NCBI GenBank assembly: GCA_023920165.1
Contig: CP089275.1
Span: forward strand, 1,860,001 to 1,924,000
Origin: Curvularia clavata
Lineage: Eukaryota
Reading direction: 5' to 3'
DNA: 64,000 bases
Shown: positions 11,497 through 23,355 of the stretch, in pieces
How positions within the stretch are numbered: the first letter of the stretch is position 1
Layout: every line of letters starts with the position of its first letter
The notes under the pieces: model-generated
Told to the model about the DNA's origin: nothing
The model's input: only the letters and a program-made list of their open reading frames with translations
Database searches by the model: none
Program-made: the position numbers and the translations under genes

Positions 11497-13756
11497 ATGG
11501 CACCCAAAGGAAAGAAAGCACAGGACAAGGGCAAGTCGGGCGAGGAAGAGCGCGACGAACCGCTGCAGGCTGTGGTATGTCCCACACTGCGTCATCCCTT
11601 CGCCGATTGTGCTAACTCTGTAGATACTCGCGGATCCGTTCGAGACGCGCTTCAGCCCCTTCACGCTCGAACACCCCAGAGTATGCGCAACCCCAATAAA
11701 GACGCCAGTCGCATACTGACACGCTGGCTAGTGTCTTCTGCCCCTCGCCAATACCCCGCTCATCGAGTACACGTTCGAGTTTCTCGCCAACGCTGGCGTC
11801 GAAGAAGTCTTTGTATACTGTGGCGCACACCGCCAACAGGTTGAGGAATATGTCAAAGCTTCAAAATGGGATTCAAAGTCCTCGCCCTTCTCGAAACTAG
11901 ATCTGATTCAGTCGACGTCTCATTCCATTGGCGATGCGATGCGCGACCTGGACAGCCGAGGGTTGCTAGTCGGCGACTTCCTCTTGGTGTACGGTGATGT
12001 AGTTAGCAACCTGCCGCTCGAGTCGGCCATTGCAGCACACAGGGCGCGACGAATGAAGGACAAGAACGCCATCATGACCATGGTGCTGCGCGAGGCTGGT
12101 ACAAATCACAGGACAAAGGCCCAGGGAACCAGCCCTGTCTTCGTCATTGACCCACGCAAGGACAGATGTTTGCACTTTGAGCAAATGCCCAACCGAGACC
12201 AGACGCACTACCTTTCAATAGATCCCGAGATACTTTCGACCCACCAAGAAATCGAGGTCCGCGAGGATCTGATTGACTGCGGTATCGATATCTGCACCCC
12301 TGACGTGTTGGCACTGTGGAGTGACAACTTTGATTTCCAAGCGCCTCGTAAGGGCTTCCTGCACAGCGTACTGAAGGACTACGAGCTCAACGGCAAAACG
12401 TTTCACACCCACATCGTATCAGACCACTACGCGGCAAGAGTACGGAACCTCCACGCCTACGACGCGGTTAGCAAAGATATTGTGTCACGTTGGGCTTACC
12501 CGCTATGCCCAGACAGCAACCTGGTCCAAGGACAGTCATACCGGTTGCAAAAGCGCAACACGTACAAAGAAGAAGGCGTCATTCTAGCGCGTGATTGCGT
12601 CGTTGGCCCCAAGACGGTCATCGGGCGTGGTACCAGCGTTGGCGAGAAGAGTGTCATTACGAATAGCATCATTGGAAGGAATTGCCAGATTGGCCGAAAT
12701 GTCAAGATTGATGGGGCATACATCTGGGATTATGCAAGCATAGGAGACGGCAGCACCGTGACCAAGGCCATTGTTGCAAATGAGGCGGCAATAGGGCGGA
12801 GGTGTACTATCGAGGCTGGTGCGCTCATTTCATACGGGGTAAGCATTGGTGAAGGCATAACCGTCAAGGGAGAGCACAGAATTACAAGAACAAAGCGGAG
12901 ACAAGAAGAAGGAGAGGATCTTGTTCGAGGAAACCCAGACCCCAAGATCGTTGGCGAGAAGGGCGATGGTTTCGAGTTCCACGACTCCGATGAGGATGAT
13001 GAGGACGAACTCATTGAGGGTCTTGTTATTGGAGGACCGAGTAAGTCTAGCACTGGCATTACAGCATCTGTACTAACATGGCTAGTGTACAACCTGTCAA
13101 ACGAGTCCATATCAACGCTGAACTCGGACTCGGAGGCCGATGAATACGACATAGAGCGGCGCGAGAGATCCGCAACGAGCAGTTTCCTTTCGGTGGGCTC
13201 GGCAGACAGCCAACACGCGGCAAACTTTGACCACGATGCGTCGGCTAGTATCTACGACTCGCTGGTTGAGGGCCACGAATCCGCCAACATCCAGCTGGAA
13301 CTCACAGCACTCCGCATGAGCACTAACGCGTCCGACCATCAAGTCAGACGTGCAGTTGTCTCGTCTTTTGTCAAGCGCGTCATTCAACTGATCAAATCGG
13401 GCGACTCGATCAAGAGTGCAGTTGCTCAAGTCTTTGGACAGCACAAGGAGCTCATTGACCGATCCATTTTCGACAAGAACGCACAAAGCAAGGTGGATCA
13501 GATTGACTTTTTGCTGCTGCTCCAAGCAGATCTCTGCAACAAGGAAAGCGGTGATAGTATCCTATTGAGCGCAGCGACAAAGCTAGTTGAGCTCGATTCG
13601 ATCGAGGAGGACGGGATGCTGCAGTGGTGGGAAGACGAGAAGAGCACCGAGAATGCAGACATGACTAGGGTGCGGGAGAAGACCAAGTCGCTCATCGACT
13701 TTTTGCAGCAGGAGAGTGAAGATGAGAGTGAGGAAGAGAGCGAAGAGGAAGAATAG
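11497..13756 (+). CDS. GCD6: Translation initiation factor eIF2B epsilon subunit; 4 exons
   Basis: MAPKGKK...[57 protein letters not shown]...DNFDFQ, hexapeptide LbH repeats, and an acidic W2/HEAT C-terminus (LQWWEDEK). Third intron 13041-13085 is in frame. Confidence 0.95.
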
Positions 13757-14697
13757 GCGGTCGACGATTGTAAATCGAAGCTGCAGCAGCAACGAAACAA
13801 ATGGCCGTCCATGGTGGACAAGCCGATGCATCGGATGCTGGCAGCCAGAGGCATCATGATCACACGAGCGTATTACTCGCTCGTCTCTACTTTCCATGGT
13901 TCCCTCGCCAATGTGACAATGTCAAAAAATGCACCACAGACTGACAGCGACCCATGTTCACTCGTCGAGACACAAGAGCCGTTTTTTATCTTGTGCGTTG
14001 TTCGCTTTTTGTATTACGATACACGAGAGGCGCTGTGGTGAAACGCAAAAGCACACAAGGGTTGAGCAGATGGCTCAAATGGCGCCAGCACGTGTTTTGC
14101 GGTGGTGTCAAGAGCCCCTACAAATATAGAACCATGGTAAGTGGTGGGTAGCGCTACTGCAGGAGTCGCAGGGTGCGATAGGGAGAGAAAGGGGGTGGTG
14201 TCGTTAAGGTTCACAGAAGGGAGCCGGCGTGGGTGAGGGCGGAGAGGGGCGGCCGGGCTGGCAGCGTGCAGCTGTGCTGTTGCCTCTCTTTACGTCAGCC
14301 CCGACGCTACAGCCCGAGCCAACCATCGGATGAGGTTGCCCGCATCCAGCCCAGGACATTCCATTCCACCTTTGACCACTTCCTCCCGCCGCCTCGCTGA
14401 CCAATACCCTTGCCTGTCTTTTGCCCAACTGTCAACCGTCCCCGCCGCTGTCCACGCGCTCCCCCAAGCCCGGCTTATCGGCCGCCTACACAGTCACACT
14501 CTCCCTCGCCGCAGCAGCAGCCTAGTGTTCCGTCATCAGGCGGGACACGCCCAACCAAGACGCCTTCCACTACGACTCGCAAGCGGAAGGCTGACGAGGC
14601 CAACTACCTCAGTCCAGCAGAGGAGCCTCCCCAGAAAAAGTCTCTCCACCCGCCTGTTGTCCGTCTGCCACCTGCCCCCGCCACCCACGCCGCCAAC

Positions 14698-16401
14698 ATG
14701 GATTCCGACGACGACTTCAACAGCTCCATGAGCGGTGATGACTTTGATGACCAGGACAGCGACATGGGCCTCGAAGAGGGTGCGTACACCGCCGTGCTGT
14801 GGCATTCCCCCACCTGCTGACTGTGTCTAGACTCCGATTTCGACATGGACCAAGACGACGTCGGCTTCGAGTCACAGGACAAGGACATCAAGCCCACCAA
14901 GCAAGCCTACGAAGTCGACTTCAAGGTCTTCGACCCGGCGCAGATCCAAGCACAACAAGACAAACAGGTAGACGAAGTATCGAGCATCCTCGGCCAACCA
15001 CCCGAAGCCACGGCCATCCTCCTCCGACACCTGCGATGGAACAAGGAGCGCCTCATCGACCAGTACATGGAAAAGACAGAGGAGATCTTGGAGACGGCAG
15101 GCCTCAGTCAGGACTCCGCTACCAACCCACCAAAAATACAAAAGGTCAGGGGCTTCGTCTGTGACATCTGCTGCGACGATGACCCCAACATGGACACGTT
15201 CGCCATGAAGTGCGGACACCGCTTCTGCCTCGACTGTTACAGGCAGTACCTTGCCACCAAGATTCAGGATGAGGGAGAAGCGGCCAGAATACGGTGCCCG
15301 GGTGAGGGCTGCACTAGAATCGTCGATTCGAAATCGCTAGACCTTCTGGTTACGGACGATCTTCAGGAAAGGTGCGTTAATGACGGCCTTGCTTTCACTA
15401 AATCCCGCTCACATACGCAGATACCACACGCTCCTTACACGAACCTACGTCGACGACAAAGAGAACCTGAAATGGTGCCCTGCCCCCGACTGCAAATACG
15501 CCATAGAATGCCCAGTCAAGAGCAAGGACCTTACAAGAATCGTACCTACTGTGCACTGCGAATGTGGACACGCTTTTTGCTTTGGTTGTACGCTGAACAA
15601 CCACCAGCCGGCACCCTGCGCTCTGGTCAAGAAATGGGTCAAGAAGTGCGAGGATGATTCAGAGACGGCCAACTGGATATCAGCCAACACAAAGGAATGC
15701 CCCAACTGCAACTCCACCATTGAAAAGAACGGCGGTTGCAACCACATGACTTGTCGGAAGTGCCGCAACGAGTTTTGTTGGATGTGTATGGGCAAATGGT
15801 CTGAGCACGGTACCAGCTGGTACAACTGCAATCGGTTTGAAGAAAAGAGTGGCGCAGAGGCACGCGATGCGCAGGCCAAGTCCCGCCAATCACTCGAACG
15901 ATACCTCCACTACTACAACCGCTTTGCCAACCACGAGCAGTCAGCAAAGCTGGACAAGGATTTGTACCTCAAGACGGAAAAGAAGATGCAACAGCTCCAG
16001 AACTCGTCAGGCATGTCTTGGATCGAGGTGCAATTTCTCGACCAAGCCTCGCAAGCATTGCAGCAATGCCGTCAGGTGCTTAAGTGGACCTACGCATTCG
16101 CCTACTATCTTGCGCGGAACAATCTCACAGAAATCTTCGAGGACAACCAGAAGGATTTGGAGATGGCCGTCGAAAACCTGAGCGAGATGTTCGAGAAGCC
16201 GATTGACCAGTTGAAGGATTTGAAGGTCGACATCCTTGACAAGACGTCGTACTGCACAAAACGCCGCATAATTCTCTTGAACGATACCGCCGAGAACCTT
16301 AAGCTTGGTAAGCAACGAAGACCTCCAAGTTATTATTAGTGTTTCTAAACAACTACTAACTGATAAAAGGCAACTGGAAATTCAATGTGGACCTGGCGTA
16401 G
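14698..16401 (+). CDS. ARI1: Ariadne-family RBR E3 ubiquitin ligase (RING1-IBR-RING2-Ariadne); 4 exons
   Basis: Acidic N-terminus MDSDDDF; RING1 CDICCDD...CGHRFCLDC; IBR WCPAPDC; RING2 TKECPNCNSTIEKNGGCNHMTC...FCWMC; Ariadne domain LERYLHYYNRFANHEQS. Last exon ...NWKFNVDLA* (TAG 16399-16401). Confidence 0.93.
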
Positions 16402-17131
16402 AATACCTTGATGAGGCGAGCAGATTATCACACACAACAACACACAGTGGCCGCTGCCAACAGCTCGTGGTGTTACCCGACCAACGTGTCCAGTATATAC
16501 CACACCCCAACACTGTGTTGCCTCCATTTAACGGAGAACACAAACGCAAGCGGACAAGAAAGACATTTTGTGCCCCAAACGCAGGACCCCGAAAAAAAAA
16601 AACTAAAAGCAATAGACTGAGGCATAATCATATTGCCCTTTTTTCTTCTCACAGGAAAAAAAAAGGGCTATGTTGCATCAATATATTCTCCCGCAAACTT
16701 TGGCGCTCATCAAACCCTAAGTATCCACCAGCATGGCGTTTCTGTTTTGTAGTAACAATATGAGCGGTTTCCATTTCAGCGGGGGACTAGGGGCGTAGCA
16801 TCTGTTCTTGTGCTTCCTATTTGCCATATTTCTGGGAGTTTGTCTGGCTTGTTTTCTTTTTTTCAAACTTTTATATGAGGGGATTTTCATGTAGCTGTGT
16901 ATGAATGCAAAGGACGAATTCTCATACAAGTGTGTTTGTGAGGTTGTGGGGTGACACGTTGGCCTGCCGTCGTATGTGAGTGTTGATGGCTATCCGTGGT
17001 TGAAAAGTGTGGATGTAAAATGGGACCAGGAGAAGGAGTCTTTGCAATGCCGTTTTCAAGACATGCTTCAATGAATTTTCCTGGCTCGCCTCTCAGGTAA
17101 GGGGGTTTATTCAAGATATGTTGAGGTATGG

Positions 17132-17132
<1 letters not shown>

Positions 17133-17208
<76 letters not shown>
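17133..17208 (+). repeat. (CT)n microsatellite, about 38 units
   Basis: Uninterrupted CT dinucleotide run. Confidence 0.97.
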
Positions 17209-17212
<4 letters not shown>

Positions 17213-17231
17213 AATGGTTTTTGTGATAGAG

Positions 17232-19290
17232 TCAAGTAGACGTGGCCGATAGTATAATCTGCGGCACAATACTACACAGTATGAATCCCCAAAAGAAAAT
17301 CACAACACGGCTCGCCCGCGTAGACCCAATGTACAGCGCGGCGGCTAGCTCGATTGGTAGAGCCACGAAGACAGCGATGCTTTGGCTAAGAAATAAGCCG
17401 CTCAAGAAGGGGAGGAAACAGGAAGGTACCATGCCTGCAATGGACCACTTGTGGGCTTTTACCCAGGCCCATAGCGTCCAGTCATCTGCTATCTCACCGT
17501 TCGCAAGTAGCGGCGCTGTGTACGCTATCGAGCCTCCGCGCAGCTCCTTGGTCACGCGGTGGCGTAGCGAGGCTTCTGTCACAGGGATGGCGACGGCAGT
17601 GGTAGTAGTTGAGGCGCCGTCTTTCTCCTCCTGTTCGTCTTGCTCTTTGATAGGAGAAGCGAGACCCGCGTGCTGCTGCTGCATGGCCTGGGCAAGTTCA
17701 AGCACGGCTTTGTGTTCGCCGGCTATGTCGGTACGGCCGCGTCGTTTCATGACGCTGTGAGAGCGCAACCACATGATATAGATGCCGATGGACCATATGA
17801 GGAGGAGGAGAATGGTTATGAAGGATTGGATAAAGGAGAAGCCCCATTGGTAGGCCTAAAAGAAAGGGAGGGAGAAGTCAGCTCTTCTCTTATTTCTTGG
17901 CATGCTCGTTTTATACAAGAAAAAGACGTATAAGGCTCTCGTCATGTTTCCTCTAGATTGGTGGACTGATGACTTACCAAGTTCGGTTGACATTTGCCAT
18001 CTTGCAGCAAGTCGGCTTCGGTGTAAGTTGTCTTCTCATACAGCCATTGCATAGACGGTCCTTTTTGCACAGTCATGGTCGAGGTATCCAACACTGGAGA
18101 CCAGATATTGAGCACGGGAGGCGGTAACTCTTTGTCTCCAAATTTGGATGTGACATTATTTTCCCCGTTCAAGCCGTATTTTCGAACGTCTGTGTTATGT
18201 GGAGTTAGCTCAAGACTTCTCGTCTTATCAGCAACTAGAGCAATCATACACTCAGTGACGTTAAGGTGGAAAGCGCAGCTTTCGTGACGAGTATAGTACG
18301 TGTAACGGAAGCACTTATCGTCATTCAGATTGCCGTTCCTTATGGTAGGTTCGACGGGAGAGGAGTCTGTATGAACCCGTTAGCCTTGTAGTGTTACTTG
18401 AGAGGAACTTGGCTCGCCGCGCTTGCCTTGTTCGAGTCCACCAGTTCCAACAATGTAGTCATCTCCCAAATCTATTCTGCTGCCATCATGAATGACAAAG
18501 CTCACGTAGTCAAATGAGCTGAAGGGAACGTAGTTGCCTTGTGCTGTCTTCACAAAGGCACCGACATTTCCCTTGTAACCGGTCAGAGAACTCACGAGAG
18601 TGGGAAAGGCGAGTGAGAAAGCCATAGTAAAAACCATGAATACCATGGCAAATCTCGAATGCAGCGCATGACGAGAACAGAAGTCACGAATCAAGCGGGG
18701 AATTCCAACGAGAAGGGACCCGTTTTGCAGAAATATCGTGCGGTAGGTCCTAAAAGTGACGGGCATGACTTCCATTGATGTCGTCACGTAGTTTGCAAAA
18801 ACGCACCACGAAATGTACGCGAGAAGAGATTGACCCCCACGTCCAACCACCTTATGACCTCATTAGTTTCCATGGTAGGATAGTAGCCCTCTAGCAATTT
18901 GAGATAACTCACAATGTCCCACGCAACGTCTATCGCCTTTGCTTGGGTAAAAGTCATACTGCCAAATGCGAGAGTGATCTCAAAGAATCCAGACCCAGAA
19001 AAGTACCGATATGAGTCAGGATCAAGTGAAAAGGATCCATCAGGCAGGCATGCTCCAAGGTCATACTGGAGTTCACTATCGGCGAGGATTAATGCTATGA
19101 GGGCGAAGATTAAGCCGACGAGCCACATGGCGACAAGGCACCACAGTCCGCAGCGTCGCCATCGTGCTCGAAAGTCTTTGGCAGCTCGACGATGACCTTC
19201 GCGCCACAAGGTGGGAAAACGCGATACTTTGGCGCGGATGGCTGAACTAGAAGTAGCTCTGTCCTGCTGGGGTGTAGGTGGTTCAAACAT
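17232..19290 (-). CDS. Hypothetical multi-pass membrane protein; 5 exons
   Basis: Exons join in frame through introns with branch points: ...AKAIDVAWDI|VVGRGGQ..., ...EQ|DSSPVE..., ...VTE|YVRKYG..., ...CQPNL|AYQWGFSFIQ. Several hydrophobic helices. No family recognised. Confidence 0.7.
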
Positions 19291-20166
19291 CGTCGTGTGC
19301 GATTGGAAGGAAGGGAAGTTATGCGTAAAGCGAAAGCGTGGCTGAGGAACAGCGCAGTACTAAGTACGCCGGGCCACCTGTAACATGAAACAGGGTAGAA
19401 GAGACATTTTGGGCTCATTGAAAGTCGCCTTGCCCAAGGCTAATTAAATCAGCGGGTAGCCTTGCGGTCGTGGGGGCCAAATTAGGCCACCCTCCAAAGC
19501 AACCAAATACTAGAGCGGAAGAGGTGAGTATCCTTGCTTACAATGGTGTATTTGTTTAGGAAGACTGTAAGCCTGATCTATCCAATTTTTTGTGCATACA
19601 ATAGGTTTTGAGCAAGGGGGTTGTTTTTCTCGATCACTCATAACGCACATGCAATCAATGTGTAAGTGATAAGATTGGGAGATTCTTGCCAATGAAACGA
19701 AGCGCCTGTTGTGTGGCACAGCACAGCCCCAAGCGTTTGGGGTGATCGGGTTCATGTCCAGAATGAAAACTCGAAGGTTCCGTGGACATCTTTTCTGAAG
19801 CGTCTCGCTAAATGCATTTGGAAGGTACTTCTTTTTGTGTGCATCCACACTTCTGGAGTCAGTAAGAGCCATGATATGACCCACATTTGGAAAGGGTGAC
19901 CTCCGATATAAGATGGCCTATGTCTCTTACAGGACTGGTTGTGTTTGGATTACTCTGGCGCGTCAACCCACTCATTTGTTTGTTTTACTGCTTAAAAGGA
20001 GCTCCAGAGTACTTTTACCAAGCGCGATAATACGATTTCAAATGTTTGTCCAGAGAGAAAACATAGATCCTAATTTCTTTTGGCTCGAAGATCATCCATA
20101 CTTTTTATATACATATCATATTCGCCCAATCTCTCAGTCATAACGTCGTGCTCTGTTAAGCTCGCC

Positions 20167-20821
20167 CTATTTTTGGCAAGCAATGTCCGTTGGCGAGTGC
20201 GATGGGCTCACAATGAAATCATCATAAGCTACCAGGCTTCCAGAGTGAGGTGTAAGCTGCGGCGCACCGGTGCTGTCCTTGGTGACCGTGAACCTAGTCG
20301 AGTAGCTGTAATGATTAGCACAAAAACTCGTTCGAACCCGGAGTACTTGCTTAGGAACTTACTACGCCTGAGAGCAGTTGCCGCCATCGAACCTTGTCTC
20401 GATAACACCAAGCACCTGGTACGTCTTTTTCGTGCTCGTCTCCGAGTCGACGGTTGTGATGTTTGGAATGTGGTTCCAGTGCTTGTTGCCCATAGTGGGA
20501 AGGAGTTCCTGCTTCAGCTCGATAATCTTATCGGCGCCAGTGGCAGTATTTGCGAGGACGATAAGCTGTCCATCCGTTGTGAAGAAGTCGGTGAATGTTG
20601 ATGTGGTAGCTGGATCCTCAGCTGATGCATAGAGTCTGTGGATATTTAGCTGAGTGCTCGGTTTACTACGGCAACTTGTGTGAGAAGGATGAGATGCCGT
20701 ACGCTTGGAGAAAGGGATTGAAGCCTGCATCAACCCCAGCCTTTGCGGAGTACTCAGACATGTCGACTGAGGCTGCCATGCCAAAGAGGCAGGCGGGAGC
20801 GATGAGCGAGAGGTATTTCAT
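20167..20821 (-). CDS. Small secreted protein (about 176 aa), possibly NTF2/SnoaL-like fold; 3 exons
   Basis: Signal peptide MKYLSLIAPACLFGMAAS. Introns 20636-20702 and 20306-20362 (GT-AG with branch points) leave a 531-nt frame ending ...PTDIACQK*. LYASAED...FTDFFTTDG...ATGADKI resembles SnoaL-like starts. Confidence 0.75.
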
Positions 20822-22737
20822 GTCTGACTTTGCTACGAGTTGGTGAACTGTAAGATTGAGTAATAGGAAGGTGTCTGTAAAGGAGATGGGGATTAAAAAG
20901 TCTTCACAACAAAGTATATCAGTACTTATGTCACGAGAGACTGGGAACACATTGATGAATATGTGGGCCTGGGTCCATCGTATACGACCTGTACTAGGCC
21001 ACACCCAGAGACCGACACGAGCGGTGTGTCCATTACTTGTTTCCAGAGCCCACTCCCTCCAGCATACGTTAGGATGCTCCACAGAATATGGCAGACTATC
21101 TCCATTTCCATGATCTTTCTCCAGTAGCAACAGTCCAAGTGTGGTCCACCTTGATCTGTATCGGGTCTAATCATTGCTCATATACTACACACTGTTCGGA
21201 AGCAGGCCATGTAACTGTACATAAAGCCACCGAGCGATGGCATATTGGGTCTCAATTCACGGCTTAATCTCGGTCTATTAAGTGTCTAGCTCGAATTGTC
21301 AGGAAAAAACGCTGATGATTTTCATGAGGCCAAGAGTAGCGAACGAGTTCAGTAAGGCAGGTCTCCCGCCAAAATCCAAGAATCCTTGACCGCCAACCAT
21401 CATTCCGCATGTTCGCACCTACTAGGTACTGGTGTGAAGTTCTGTAAACGCTATCTCTAGATGTTTCTTAGAAGCTAACTACAGCACTTAGTTTCTGTCT
21501 AGTAGGGAGATTTTGATCTAGCCAAGCAAAGGCCATAGCCGCGAGTGACACAGTTTTGGCCTGATACTGTAGTAAATAATTTCCAGTTGAGTTTTCTAAA
21601 TCAGGTAATGTACGATTGACTAATACGTAACTAACTGCATAGTGTCGTAAGCAGCATCCGTTTTACTCCTATAGCATGCCAAGCGTTTCTAGGTCCCACT
21701 GTGTCCCAAAGTTCTACGGATCTAGCCGTGCTTGCTGCAACAGAAAACCAATTAACAAAAGGCCCGAAGTAAGCACTCTATCACTACCGCATGCCCAGGG
21801 ATCCTTTTCGTACGAGACTTCTGCAGCCTGCCAATTTCACAGAACATGACGTACTCCTAAAACTACTTCTGGGCAAAGGAATATGTTCGTTCACGCAAAT
21901 AGTATGAAATCACACAAGTTCTGTTCTTTTTGAATCTCGGTTTATGTGTGTTTCATTTTTCGCCATCTCCCCGGTGTACTTTCCACTTCCATATCGCGGA
22001 AATTGGACCAACCTGTCAAGTTGCAAAAACGCGATCGCCGCATTTTCCATTGGATTGAGCAGTAACAAATACAACCTAAAATTAAAAACAGAGCTATTTC
22101 TGGAATGATAGTTGCCTTTTATGATAAGGTAGCGCAGTAGCACGTGACTAGGCTATCGGCACATATTGGGATTTCTTCTCAGCGTAGATAGGCGCCTTCT
22201 TCACTCGATCGCTACTAGCGATTGCTACTCTGACTTGAGCTCGATCCCGTATCATGCCACAACACATGTCTCAACGACCATGCTTCAAAAGATTGATCAC
22301 ATGATTTATGAAATTGTTTGTGAAGTTTGTGAAGTTTAACGTCTCTATGAAAACCTTCCAAGGGTATGCGGAAGGGCGATACCCAAGGCTCATAGTGTTG
22401 ACGCATTGTCTGGTTAAGCCTAGTCTAAATACCGGTTTGTGCGGTTAATTAATTACCAAGTAATTTTTAATGCGACAGTAGAAAAGCAGTTTGAACAACA
22501 CAATTCCAATCACTTTGCTTGAATAGCTCACTTATAAAATCTCAAGTCTTCTTTCATCAAAAAGGTTCATGAAATTCAGGTAAAAATATTAAGATATAGA
22601 TACAAGAAAGTATAGAAAATCTATAGCATCCACAGTCAATCACTTCAAACCACAACCCCTATTCATCACAGGCCGATGGCACGACCCTCATCAGCATTCA
22701 CACCCCTCCTGGCACCTTCCAATCCCAGGAAATCTCT

Positions 22738-23355
22738 CTACGAGATGATGATGTGGAATCCAACCGGGCACTCTCCATGACCTCCGTTATCCTGGGTAAA
22801 CTTCAAGGTGGTATCATCACTGCAGATGCTTCCACCAACGCTGGCAAACTCCTGACCCTCCTTGTAATCGCAGGGCCCGCCACCAAGACGGTATGCGTTG
22901 CCGAGCAGAATCTTAGGAGCATCCGTGAAGGGAGGGGCAAGCACAGGCTGGTTGTTGTAGGTAGTCTGGCCGGGGATAGGGAAAGTAACGCCAGTGTTAC
23001 CGGCGAAGATGATGTTGCCGGGACCCTTTTCGGATTGCTTGGAGGCGCAGCCACCGAGGGTGAGGATAAGGCTGCAGGTGTTGTTCTTGGCCCAGGCGGG
23101 GATGTCGAATTTAGTCAATGTGCACTTGTCACCGGGAGTGACTTCGGCTTTTTGGCCAGCGGGAACAGCCTTGTTGGGGTGCTTCTTAGAGACAACCTGT
23201 AGGAAGGTTGGGCTCAGGAAATGGGCAGGAAGCTGGCCGGTAGGCACGATGGGCTGGATGGCAGGACATGTTTTCTCGCGAAGGACCAGGGTGGAGTCTG
23301 TAGGAGCGGCGACCGCAACGGATAGGAGGGCAGTGAAGATAGCGAATGACTTCAT
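22738..23355 (-). CDS. Secreted protein, But2 C-terminal-domain-like (205 aa, intronless)
   Basis: Signal peptide MKSFAIFTALLSVAVAAP. Motifs PTFLQVVSKKHPNKA, TKFDIPAWAKNNTCSLIL, TTYNNQP and CPVGFHI resemble But2-domain proteins. Cys-containing. Confidence 0.7.
   Translation of the reverse strand: MKSFAIFTALLSVAVAAPTDSTLVLREKTCPAIQPIVPTGQLPAHFLSPTFLQVVSKKHPNKAVPAGQKAEVTPGDKCTLTKFDIPAWAKNNTCSLILTLGGCASKQSEKGPGNIIFAGNTGVTFPIPGQTTYNNQPVLAPPFTDAPKILLGNAYRLGGGPCDYKEGQEFASVGGSICSDDTTLKFTQDNGGHGECPVGFHIIIS

Noticed and set aside
11364..11615. gccATGG upstream, out-of-frame ORF overlapping the eIF2B-epsilon start
   Set aside because: Sits immediately after the putative upstream activator site and before the pyrimidine-rich leader, so it is probably upstream of the TSS; cannot be called a uORF without TSS data.
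21910..22406. Short minus-strand ORFs as possible pseudogene fragments
   Set aside because: No recognisable homology by eye; a database search would be needed.
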